In this document: piece by piece, positions 16,505 to 24,726 of the stretch | How the letters are laid out: every line of letters begins with the position of its first letter | Position numbering within the stretch: position 1 is the first letter of the stretch | Source: an uncultured virus (IMG/VR IMGVR_UViG_3300025168_000050) | Lineage: Duplodnaviria; Heunggongvirae; Uroviricota; Caudoviricetes | Strand: one strand, 5' to 3' | Virus record (IMG/VR): IMGVR_UViG_3300025168_000050 | Length of the DNA stretch: 24,726 nucleotides | The notes under the pieces: model-generated | What the model saw: only the letters and a program-made list of their open reading frames with translations | What the model was told of the DNA's origin: nothing | Database searches by the model: none | Position numbers and translations under genes: made by a program

Positions 16505-16633
16505 ATGTTTAAAAATAAATCTAAATATTACTGGGATATAACTAGGAATATGGATTACAAAGAAGGTAAAGAGTATTTAAGATTAGAAAATAAAATAAAA
16601 AGAATTATTAATAAAATAAAAAATAAAGTATAA
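16505..16633 (+). CDS. Small basic hypothetical protein (42 aa, MFKNKSKYYWDITRN...)
   Basis: In-frame ATG at 16505, 4 nt after the promoter element. Its stop overlaps the next ATG (TAATG). The track's 16448 start lies inside the giant gene. Confidence 0.4.
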   Translation: MFKNKSKYYWDITRNMDYKEGKEYLRLENKIKRIINKIKNKV

Positions 16634-16950
16634 TGGGAATAGAAAAGACAGACATTTCGATGTTTAGCAAAGTCACGTCTCTAGGAGCACGTTTCTTTGA
16701 GAAATATGTATCTACAGCGATGATGAATAAAAAATTAACAGAGATGAATAACATAGGATTACGTGATGTAATCGTTGCTACAGCAGTATCACAAACTACA
16801 GACTTTGGAAGTCTTAAGGTTGGAGATCAGGTTATTATCATTAAGCCTGCTGCAGGAAATGCACAGTTTGTGACTATCACAACAGCAGGAGATTTAGGAA
16901 CCGCAGCAGTAGTTGGACAGTTATATGTAGTTATAACTCCAAGTATGTAA
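16633..16950 (+). CDS. Hypothetical protein, possibly small structural protein
   Basis: 105 aa with A-rich initiation region and a beta-rich C-terminal half (LKVGDQVIII...VVGQLYVVIT). Confidence 0.6.
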   Translation: MGIEKTDISMFSKVTSLGARFFEKYVSTAMMNKKLTEMNNIGLRDVIVATAVSQTTDFGSLKVGDQVIIIKPAAGNAQFVTITTAGDLGTAAVVGQLYVVITPSM

Positions 16951-16981
16951 TAATAATTAATATTAATTTAAAAACAATAAC

Positions 16982-17398
16982 ATGAGTACAAAAGTAAAAG
17001 AAATGAAAACTTCTTCAATAAGTCAAACAATGAAGAAAAAAGAATTGTTAACTGTAAGCCAAGGACTTGCATACATTAATAGTAAAGAAACAAGAGTATG
17101 GCATACTATATCTAAAAATTTAGATAATATTGCTACTTTAGTTTTTCAGACTAACGAAGCTCACAAACAGTTAGTTGCTGATCTCTCTATTAAAGATGAA
17201 GATGGAAATGCTGTTAGAAGCGAAAATAACCAAATTGATTTTGGAGATAATTTAGAAACGGCTAACGAAAGATGGAATACAGTTTTAGAAGAAGAAGTTA
17301 CATTTGATTTAATTCCTATCAATCTTGAAGATATTAAGGATTATGGATTAGATGCAAATATCATGAAACCTTTAATGGGACTTTTAGTAATTGAATAA
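16982..17398 (+). CDS. DUF1617-like phage protein (possible tail-fibre-associated chaperone)
   Basis: 138 aa, acidic. The pattern ISKNL...KDEDGN...EEEVTFDLIPINLEDI...IMKPLMGLL resembles small proteins that follow fibre genes. Confidence 0.5.
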   Translation: MSTKVKEMKTSSISQTMKKKELLTVSQGLAYINSKETRVWHTISKNLDNIATLVFQTNEAHKQLVADLSIKDEDGNAVRSENNQIDFGDNLETANERWNTVLEEEVTFDLIPINLEDIKDYGLDANIMKPLMGLLVIE

Positions 17399-17409
17399 AC
17401 TATAAGATA

Positions 17410-17625
17410 ATGAGAAGACGAATAACAAACTTAGAGTTAGATGAGAAACTAGCAGATATAAAAGATGATGTTAGATTAATTAAAACACGACTTTTAGATC
17501 CTGATATAGGAGTAACAGCTAGGGTAAATAAGAATACGTCTTTTCGTAAATCAACTACAAAAGTTTTATTTTCAATTTGGGTAGCGCTTGCGGGAGTGTT
17601 AACTAAATTAATATTCTGGAATTAA
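17410..17625 (+). CDS. Holin-like / XhlA-like small membrane protein
   Basis: 71 aa. Charged coiled-coil N-terminus and a single C-terminal hydrophobic helix (VLFSIWVALAGVLTKLIFW). Coupled to the next gene by TAATG. Confidence 0.45.
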   Translation: MRRRITNLELDEKLADIKDDVRLIKTRLLDPDIGVTARVNKNTSFRKSTTKVLFSIWVALAGVLTKLIFWN

Positions 17626-18182
17626 TGAAGAATAATAAAATATGGATAATAGTTTTAATAGGGCTTTTTCTATATATTATTAATTCAGAGGGATGTAGAA
17701 CTAATACTGATGATATTGTAATAACTGAAACTGATACTATTAGAACTACATTTGTAGATACAGTTTTGTTTATAGATACAATAGTTCATACAGTAGTTGT
17801 AACTATTGATGACCCATTAATAATAAATGATAGTGTAAAAGAATATACTAATGATTTTACAGATAGTTTATTAATAGGGTCTGTATGGACACAGGTTCAA
17901 GGAAGTATTCTGAATCAGAAGATTGATTATACACCAAAGTTTCCACAGTATATCTTTCAGATTGATACAGTAATTATTAACAATAATCAAACTATTATTA
18001 GACAACCATCTAGTTTTAGTTTGAATGTAGGTCTTGAGGTAGGAGGGAATACTGATAAATTCAACTTCTCTCCTATGTTAGGCTTAACAGATAAAAGAGG
18101 TACATCTTACTCTTATAGATATGGAGTTCTTGATAAAACTCATAATATAGGATTAATGTATAATATAAAAATAATGAAATAA
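17625..18182 (+). CDS. Membrane-anchored protein, spanin candidate
   Basis: 185 aa. N-terminal basic residues plus hydrophobic helix and Cys24. Repeated DT-[IV] beta motifs. Amphipathic C-terminal strands (LNVGLEVGG, YSYRYG, IGLMYNI). Confidence 0.45.
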   Translation: MKNNKIWIIVLIGLFLYIINSEGCRTNTDDIVITETDTIRTTFVDTVLFIDTIVHTVVVTIDDPLIINDSVKEYTNDFTDSLLIGSVWTQVQGSILNQKIDYTPKFPQYIFQIDTVIINNNQTIIRQPSSFSLNVGLEVGGNTDKFNFSPMLGLTDKRGTSYSYRYGVLDKTHNIGLMYNIKIMK

Positions 18183-18186
18183 AACT

Positions 18187-19332
18187 ATGATATTACAGAT
18201 CACGTATGAAGGTCAACTGGTAGGGCGTTACCAGAGCATAACAGAAGCGTCAGATAAAACAGATATTGATAAAGGAAGTATCTGTAGAGTGTTAAAAGGT
18301 CAGCGTAAAAGTGCTGGAGGATTTAAATGGGAACGGGAAGAAGATGAAATTGATAATGATAATATCAATATGAATGATTCTGATTTTAACTCCTTACTAA
18401 CAGCAGAAGGATTAGACCGATCCAACGTCAAGTCTGTGAAGATATGGCAAACAATGAAGGGTCAAACTCGTTACTCTATAGTAACAAAGGAGGGAGATCA
18501 GGCAATGCGAGATGTTAAAGATGAGTTCTTTGAAAGTTTAAAATCTATATCCCCTACGATTCTAAAAAGATCGTATGATATAAAAAAGGAGAGTCCTGTT
18601 GTATATGAAATATCTTTACCAGATATTCATTATGGTAAGAGAACAGGTATTAGCCCTGAGCAAGCTGAAGTTAATTATATGAATTCGATTCAAGAATTAC
18701 ATCAGAGAGCGGAAGGATTAAATATAGAAAGGTTCTTATTACCTATAGGTAATGATGGAATGAATTCTGAAGGTGCTAGTAGAGCTACAACAAAAGGAAC
18801 TCCTCAAGATGATACAATGGATTGGCAGCAATCTTTTGTTGGGTATACAAAACTAATGATAAAAGCTATAAATTATCTAAGTCAGTATGCGCCAGTAGAT
18901 GTTGTTGTTATTCAGGGAAATCATGATCATGAGCGTATGTTCTATGCGGGTGAAGTTTTATCTGCGTGGTATATGAAAGACGATAATGTTACTGTAGACA
19001 ATGATACAGAAGGAAGAAAGTATTATGAATATGGAACTAACATGATTATGTTTACTCATGGGGATAAAGAGAAAGCTGCAAATATGCCACTTATAATGGC
19101 TACAGAGCAGCCGATGATGTTTGCACGAACTAAGTTTAGAGAAGTTCATTGTGGACATCTACATAAAGAAATGGTTAATGAGTATAGAGGAATCAAAGTA
19201 AGATTTATTCCTTCAATATGCGCTAACGATTCTTGGCACAAACTGATGGGTTATTCCGCATCAAGATGTGCTCAAGCATATATATGGAATAAGGAAAAAG
19301 GATGTGAAGGTTATTTACAGGTAAATATTTAA
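18187..19332 (+). CDS. NUMOD1 DNA-binding domain fused to calcineurin-like metallophosphoesterase
   Basis: 381 aa. N-terminus GQLVGRYQSITEASDKTDIDKGSICRVLKGQRKSAGGFKW is NUMOD1-like. The five MPE motifs DIHYG, GND, GNHD, HGD and GHLH are all present. Confidence 0.85.
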   Translation: MILQITYEGQLVGRYQSITEASDKTDIDKGSICRVLKGQRKSAGGFKWEREEDEIDNDNINMNDSDFNSLLTAEGLDRSNVKSVKIWQTMKGQTRYSIVTKEGDQAMRDVKDEFFESLKSISPTILKRSYDIKKESPVVYEISLPDIHYGKRTGISPEQAEVNYMNSIQELHQRAEGLNIERFLLPIGNDGMNSEGASRATTKGTPQDDTMDWQQSFVGYTKLMIKAINYLSQYAPVDVVVIQGNHDHERMFYAGEVLSAWYMKDDNVTVDNDTEGRKYYEYGTNMIMFTHGDKEKAANMPLIMATEQPMMFARTKFREVHCGHLHKEMVNEYRGIKVRFIPSICANDSWHKLMGYSASRCAQAYIWNKEKGCEGYLQVNI

Positions 19333-19336
19333 GCGA

Positions 19337-20062
19337 ATGGCAATAAATTTAAATAAGATAGTTTATGATATAATTAATATCGCATACGGAGGAGAAAGTT
19401 CTGACGATGCAGATGTTAGTTTTAGACAATGTGCGTATTGGGTCATGCAGGAAAGATCGATGCTACTCACACAAATGATGAGTCGGAAAGTTCGAGTACC
19501 AGCCGCCTGTACAGAATATCTAAACTGTGTATATTTAGAGCCAGTAGATGCTTCTGAATGCTGTGAAGTAGATTTAGGTGTACACGTACTTAAGTCTATT
19601 AGTCCGATTCCCGGTACAGTACAGAGAAATAATAGAGATAGTATATTAGCTGTTGAGTCTTTAGACGGTGCAAGAGCATTTTCAGAGACTACTGATACAA
19701 GACGCAAGTGGAACAAATACAATAAATACACAAGTTCAAATGCGAGATGGTATATTAAAAACAGTTACTTATATGTGAGTTGCGATATGTTGATTGAAGC
19801 AGTCAAGGTAACAGGAGTATTCGAAGATCCTACTGAAGTATGGAAGATGAATTACTGTACAAGCGCAACGAATCCAATTATTTCAGCCTGTGAGTATGAC
19901 TGGGAATTTCCTTTCCCTATTTCATTATCTATGGCAAATTCAGTAACTAATCAAATTTTACAAAAAAGAATTAATATAATATTATCAACACCGGGAGATG
20001 AAACAAACAATGCAAATGGAGACAGGATGTCAGGACCTACTCAACAACAAGCCAGCAACTAG
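19337..20062 (+). CDS. Tail ring structural protein (crAss-like)
   Basis: 241 aa. LNKIVYDII..SDD..S.RQ..YWV.QERSML..NKYT..WYIKNSYLYV..VKVTGVFEDP..FPIS resembles the crAss ring protein found upstream of the IHF-like gene. Confidence 0.7.
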   Translation: MAINLNKIVYDIINIAYGGESSDDADVSFRQCAYWVMQERSMLLTQMMSRKVRVPAACTEYLNCVYLEPVDASECCEVDLGVHVLKSISPIPGTVQRNNRDSILAVESLDGARAFSETTDTRRKWNKYNKYTSSNARWYIKNSYLYVSCDMLIEAVKVTGVFEDPTEVWKMNYCTSATNPIISACEYDWEFPFPISLSMANSVTNQILQKRINIILSTPGDETNNANGDRMSGPTQQQASN

Positions 20063-20474
20063 TTGTACACTAGTTCAAGCTTATAAAGAGTATGATGATT
20101 TTTATAAGGTTGGTTATAAAAAATATAGAAGTATATGTGAAGAGTTTAATAAACTAATCATTGATGACATACTTCTAAAAGCAAAAGAATTTAAAATTCC
20201 TTATAGGTTAGGAAGTTTAAGAATTCTAAAAAAAGAAATGAATTATTCTGTAAATAAGAATAAATTAAAAATAGATTGGAAAGAAACTAATAAACATAAA
20301 AAAGTAATATATCATTTAAATGATCATACTGATGGATTTAATTATAGATGGTTATGGTCTAAAAAAAATGCAATAGTTAAAAACAAAAGTGTTTATAGTT
20401 TCCAAGCAACGAGAACTAATAAGAGAAGATTAGCCTCACTATTAAAAGAAAAAAAAGTAGACTACTATGAATAA
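19998..20474 (+). CDS. crAss-type IHF/HU-like protein
   Basis: Lys-rich. FKIPYRLGSLRILK..KIDWKET..IYHLNDHTDGFNYRWLWSK..YSFQATRTNKRRLA is characteristic of the crAss IHF-like family. Start uncertain (ATG at 19998, 20010 or 20016). Confidence 0.75.
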   Translation: MKQTMQMETGCQDLLNNKPATSCTLVQAYKEYDDFYKVGYKKYRSICEEFNKLIIDDILLKAKEFKIPYRLGSLRILKKEMNYSVNKNKLKIDWKETNKHKKVIYHLNDHTDGFNYRWLWSKKNAIVKNKSVYSFQATRTNKRRLASLLKEKKVDYYE

Positions 20475-20483
20475 ATAACGCTA

Positions 20484-21239
20484 ATGATTTACAAATTTAT
20501 ATCAATAAATGAAATAATAGAAGGAGTATACAGAGACAATGCTATCTATGAGGAGTTAGATATTTGGGATGTAATTGAGTGGGGAGGAGAAGCTTTAGAG
20601 CTTATTGGAGCAGGCTTGCAATATGAAGAGCTTATTGCTGAAATTTGTGTTAAAGAACACCGAGCGCCTTTGCCTTGTAACTTACATTTATCTGATTCTG
20701 TTTCATATAAAGGACACCCATTACATCAATGTACTGGTACCTTCGGTGCAATCTCTACATCTCCTACAAGTACAGATACAAATATTATTGATGGCAAACA
20801 AGTAGATAAAGATAACTTTCCGCAGATGGGAGGGAGCCTAGGTGGAGGAGGAGATTGTTATTATATGAATGATAATTTTATTGTTACATCATTTAAATCC
20901 GGATGTATCTTATTAGCATTTAGAGGAATCAAAGTAGACCATGATGGGTATCCAATGATACCTGATAATGTTAGTTACAAGAGAGCAGTTAAGTCTTATA
21001 TAACTATGATGTTAGATAGGATTAATTGGAGAAAAGGTTCATCTCCAGAAGCTCATTATAGAGATAGCCAAAGAGATTGGGAGTGGTATGTTAAGCAAGC
21101 TAGAGGAGCAGCTAATATGCCTAACTTGGATATGATGGATAATATTAAAACTCAGTGGGTTAAGCTAAAACCTTCTCAGACAGCTCATCAAACTTTTTAT
21201 ACAGATTTAGGTAATTCAGAAAGAAGATTAATCGGATAA
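20484..21239 (+). CDS. Tail tubular / ring protein (P22 gp4-like position) preceding the muzzle
   Basis: 251 aa. YKFISINEII..DVIEWGGEALELIG..LPCNL..TSFKSGCILLAF..DHDGYPMIPD..WEWYVKQAR is typical of the crAss tail tubular family. Confidence 0.75.
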   Translation: MIYKFISINEIIEGVYRDNAIYEELDIWDVIEWGGEALELIGAGLQYEELIAEICVKEHRAPLPCNLHLSDSVSYKGHPLHQCTGTFGAISTSPTSTDTNIIDGKQVDKDNFPQMGGSLGGGGDCYYMNDNFIVTSFKSGCILLAFRGIKVDHDGYPMIPDNVSYKRAVKSYITMMLDRINWRKGSSPEAHYRDSQRDWEWYVKQARGAANMPNLDMMDNIKTQWVKLKPSQTAHQTFYTDLGNSERRLIG

Positions 21240-24200
21240 TGGCAGAACAAGGACAGCAACCCCCTATTAGTTTAAATACCTTTATAAAAGGTATGAATAA
21301 AGATATATCAAAGTATGCTCTTTCACCAGATCAATACTATGATGGAAAAAATGTTAGAGTAGTTGCGAGCTCAGCGAAAGAAGGAGCCGCTTTAGTTAAC
21401 ATAGAAGGTAATGAGTATGCTTTTAAAATACCTTGTAGCCCAGCTGTATTTAGTTTTACTTTAGACCCAGCTGCACTTTTAGCAGGGGTGCCTTGGACAT
21501 CTACTATTACTATTGTAGTACAAATGGCCACAGGAGCAGTAGACACATGGACTTTAACTATTAGTGGTACAGGAGGTAATCCTATAAATACATTAGCAGA
21601 AAAATTAAAAGATGCAGCAAGTGCTCCTTGGTTTTTGAATGGAGTATTAACTACACCTAGCAATGTAAGAGATAGAACACCTGGTTTTTTGTGGAGTTTT
21701 GATGAGTCTTCTAAACGAATTGTTATTTGGGGTAAACCTAATTTAATAAACCCTGATTTAAATATACCATTAACAAATTCAACGGGTGTATTTGGAACCC
21801 CTGAAGTAAATCAAGTAACTAGTATTTCTATGACTGGTGGGTATACATTTACAGATTCATTAGCTTTTGCTCAATGTGATCTTGATGTAATAGGATACAC
21901 AACACTAAGAGAGAATATATATCTATTCACTACAAACTGGGATCCAGGAAACGGAGATGTTACTGAAGCAGCTCTTGCGGCTGATGGAGATAATGGGCAG
22001 ATCTGGAGACTAAGTATAGATACAGCTATACAAAATGTTAATGGCTATCAAGTATATTTAGAATGTATATATGCTGCAAAGTCATGTATAAATTTTACTA
22101 AACAGCACCCAATAGAAGCTATTGGTAGATATGAGAAAAAAGATATTCAGGGTATATATTGGACAGATAATTTTAACCCTCCCAGAAAACTAAATGTAGC
22201 TAACCCAGATGTAATGGCAACACCATGTGCCTTTTTAGACCTAGCTCCTAAAACAGGATTACAAATACCTACATTAAAAGTAATAACTATTGGAGGATCT
22301 TTAGAGTCAGGAGTATATCAATTAGCATTTAGATATAAGAACTCTGAAGGACTAGTAACTGATTGGTCACCCCTTTCTAACTTAGTACCTATCTATGCAA
22401 GTGATGATCAAAATCCATTTTGTACAATAGAAGGAAGCGGTATAGATCCGGATACAAATCTAGGAAAAGTTACATCCAAAGCAATAACATGGACACTAAC
22501 TGGTCTAGATACAACATATGAACTTTTAGAACTAGCAGCTGTTTATAGAAAAGATGCTGTCCCTGCAAATGCATCTGTATTTTCATTTGCTCAATTAACA
22601 AATGGATTACCTACATTAGATATAACTTTCTCAGGATCAGAGGATAGGATACCTATAACAATGGAAGATTTTTTAACTGGGATTGGAACAACCTTTGAAA
22701 GAGTAAAAACATTAGAATCAAAAGATAATAAATTATTTTTTGGTAATATAACTAATACTAGTTTTAATGTTGAGTATGATGCAAGAGCATATCGATTTAA
22801 ATCTAATAGAGAAGCATTGTTAGATTCTAAGTCTGATGCGCCTGTGCAGTTAGACGGTGCTAACTTAAATAATCCTGTTGCCCCATTTATTCCTATACTA
22901 GAAGTTCCAGATGAGCATGATTGTATAAATCGTTATAATGATGAAAATCCTTCAACGAATGCAGACTGGACTACTAATGACCAATATATCTTCCAAAGTA
23001 ATGGAAATGTGTTAGGAGGTTCAGGAATAAATATTACTTATAAATTTATAAGAGAGCAACATTTTCAAGATGAGATAATTGAGTATGGAGACTGGGTAGC
23101 AGCTGATGCAGCTGGTAATTGGCTTTATAATAATATAGGAAGTTGTACATCATATAATCCAGATCCTGTGTCAGGATGCTTTGCTACAGGAGGAGCACGT
23201 GTAAGTACTATAGATAATTTAGGTATAGCAGTTCAAAATTATCCTATGAATAATACATATGATAATTATAAATCTCCTTATAAGTGGAGTTTATATGGAG
23301 CATATGCTAGAGGAGAAACTTATAGATTTGGTATTGTTTTTTACAATAATAAAGGGCAGGCAAGCTTTGTAAATTGGGTTGGAGATATTAAATTTCCATA
23401 CTCATATAGTACTGGTGCGGGTACTCCTTTTGGATTTTTTAAAATCGAAGATTGGCGTGGAGGTGTAGGTTCTCCTGAGTTTGATTATTTTGATACACAA
23501 AATATGCCTTGGGTAGGTCAGATGTATACTAATAATATTGGAATTGAATTTTCAGTTAATTTAGATCCTTTAACTTCAGGAATAGATGTAGCAGAACTAG
23601 GTATCACAGGTTACTCTATTGTAAGATCAGAAAGAACAATTAATGATATGTCTCGTTTTGGTACAGGATATATAAGAACTGTTGATAGATTACGAATGGT
23701 TCAGGATGAATGGGATGGTATAGCAGGAGCAGTTAGTAATTATTGGGGAGTTGGTAATAGCGGATCAGTATTAATTCCATCAGTTGTTCAGTGGGAGAGT
23801 ACATGTGGAGGCGCAGGATTAGCAAATAGAGGAGGTGCTGTTGATGATTTATGTTGTGATTTTTATCCTTACTGGGGAGGTGTGAACCAATCTGGTACAC
23901 GAGTATGTCAAACACAGAAAAAAGAAGTATTATTATACGGGCCATTAGGTTGGCACAATAGTGATCCATCTAGCCCTCTTAATTATGCTGGAGGATTAAG
24001 TGTAGATACTCCACTTGCTGATGGTGATTATATTAAAACAGAGTCTATCTTTTTACCTATGGTTAATCCTAATATGGGATTAAACTCAACTATGAATGGA
24101 TCTGGAGCAGTTTGGAGAATTTATGCAAATCATTATTATAAGTATTATTATCCTGTAACACAGACCGGGGGAATTCCTGGATCTGGTGCAAACGCTGCAT

Positions 24201-24726
24201 TGTATAGTTATTTTAATGGAATGCCTGCTAATGCTTATTCTCAAAATCCTTTAAACGATAGAGTACAAATTAGTTGGGGTGAATGGGTTTCTGATGGAGG
24301 GAGAATAGACGGTACATCAGTTCCTACTATGGGATTTGATTTTGTTAATGTTACAAACCCAGGAAATCAAGATGATATTTCTAGTTATGGGTCCGCGGGT
24401 AGTATGATTACATGGCCGGCATCTAGACCTCGTAGTATTGGAGGGGAAGGGTTTTTATTAAATTTAAAAACTGATTTTATAAATTCTCATTATCTTATGG
24501 GATCTAGTGTATCTCAAAGTTGTGCTAGTTTTCCTGCGGGAGGAACACCAATACAATATCAAGCTGTGCCTTTTCAAGCAACAATGAGCTACGAAAGATA
24601 TATAACTCCTTATGGAGGTAATACTTATTCTACAAGGGCTAATAGTGATTACATGTCTACGGGACATTTTATGCCTATTATAACTTCAGGCATAAATGCT
24701 ACTATTCTTTCATTACCTTTAGTACA
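21239..24726 (+). CDS. Muzzle / tail stabilisation protein (P22 gp10-like), 3'-truncated by window
   Basis: Not in the ORF track because it has no stop in the window. The ATG overlaps the previous TAA. Reads MAEQGQQPPISLNTFIKGMNKDISKY..DQYYDGKNVR..LVNIEGNE, later RGETYRFGIVFYNNKGQASFVNWVGDIKFP and YGGNTYSTRANSDYMSTGHF in the same frame (spot-checked; about 1160 codons). Confidence 0.85.
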   Translation, partial: MAEQGQQPPISLNTFIKGMNKDISKYALSPDQYYDGKNVRVVASSAKEGAALVNIEGNEYAFKIPCSPAVFSFTLDPAALLAGVPWTSTITIVVQMATGAVDTWTLTISGTGGNPINTLAEKLKDAASAPWFLNGVLTTPSNVRDRTPGFLWSFDESSKRIVIWGKPNLINPDLNIPLTNSTGVFGTPEVNQVTSISMTGGYTFTDSLAFAQCDLDVIGYTTLRENIYLFTTNWDPGNGDVTEAALAADGDNGQIWRLSIDTAIQNVNGYQVYLECIYAAKSCINFTKQHPIEAIGRYEKKDIQGIYWTDNFNPPRKLNVANPDVMATPCAFLDLAPKTGLQIPTLKVITIGGSLESGVYQLAFRYKNSEGLVTDWSPLSNLVPIYASDDQNPFCTIEGSGIDPDTNLGKVTSKAITWTLTGLDTTYELLELAAVYRKDAVPANASVFSFAQLTNGLPTLDITFSGSEDRIPITMEDFLTGIGTTFERVKTLESKDNKLFFGNITNTSFNVEYDARAYRFKSNREALLDSKSDAPVQLDGANLNNPVAPFIPILEVPDEHDCINRYNDENPSTNADWTTNDQYIFQSNGNVLGGSGINITYKFIREQHFQDEIIEYGDWVAADAAGNWLYNNIGSCTSYNPDPVSGCFATGGARVSTIDNLGIAVQNYPMNNTYDNYKSPYKWSLYGAYARGETYRFGIVFYNNKGQASFVNWVGDIKFPYSYSTGAGTPFGFFKIEDWRGGVGSPEFDYFDTQNMPWVGQMYTNNIGIEFSVNLDPLTSGIDVAELGITGYSIVRSERTINDMSRFGTGYIRTVDRLRMVQDEWDGIAGAVSNYWGVGNSGSVLIPSVVQWESTCGGAGLANRGGAVDDLCCDFYPYWGGVNQSGTRVCQTQKKEVLLYGPLGWHNSDPSSPLNYAGGLSVDTPLADGDYIKTESIFLPMVNPNMGLNSTMNGSGAVWRIYANHYYKYYYPVTQTGGIPGSGANAALYSYFNGMPANAYSQNPLNDRVQISWGEWVSDGGRIDGTSVPTMGFDFVNVTNPGNQDDISSYGSAGSMITWPASRPRSIGGEGFLLNLKTDFINSHYLMGSSVSQSCASFPAGGTPIQYQAVPFQATMSYERYITPYGGNTYSTRANSDYMSTGHFMPIITSGINATILSLPLV

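Larger units (their letters stand above)
1..24726 (+). mobile_element. crAss-like bacteriophage (Crassvirales) structural/late gene module; Bacteroidota host likely
   Basis: Co-oriented, tightly packed genes with TAATG stop/start overlaps at 1083, 4803, 16633, 17625 and 21239. Order MCP - conserved gene - ring - auxiliary capsid ... ring - IHF-like - ring - muzzle matches crAss-like synteny. A-rich starts without SD and a TAnnTTTG promoter point to Bacteroidota. Confidence 0.9.

Noticed and set aside
16955..16968. 14-bp perfect palindrome AATTAATATTAATT
   Set aside because: A/T-only in an AT-rich spacer, so expected by chance; no second copy noticed.
3118..24667. Minus-strand ORFs in the track (e.g. 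3118-3435, 5000-5365, 6908-7198, 14217-14510, 19363-19731, 21337-21663, 23733-23969, 24464-24667)
   Set aside because: They are antisense shadows of well-supported + strand genes, with no recognisable motifs.
1..24726. Stop-codon reassignment (TAG/TGA recoding known in some crAss-like phages)
   Set aside because: Long ORFs, including the 11-kb gene, are intact under the standard code. TAG ends genes at plausible positions (296, 1784, 20062).

Overview
The window is the virion-morphogenesis (late) region of an AT-rich crAss-like phage (Crassvirales) that probably infects Bacteroidota. All credible genes are on the + strand and read with the standard code. Gene order: 3' end of the major capsid protein, conserved post-MCP gene, ring protein, auxiliary capsid protein, small decoration protein, stem-loop, tail-hub-like protein, collagen/tail-collar fibre, CBM-like protein, a giant 3667-aa Cys-rich protein, small genes (DUF1617-like, holin-like, spanin-like), a NUMOD1-metallophosphoesterase fusion, ring protein, IHF-like protein, ring/tail-tubular protein, and a muzzle (tail stabilisation) protein that runs off the 3' end and is absent from the ORF track. 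The most unusual element is the 11-kb gene. It is a stalk of about 11 Cys-rich repeats with whole domains inserted inside the repeats: beta-propellers resembling Bacteroidota secreted proteins, and a matrixin-type metzincin protease (HELGHAFGLGH plus Met-turn). It ends in five short Cys repeats and a vWA-like domain. All family assignments come from motif recognition and gene order by eye; no searches were run.
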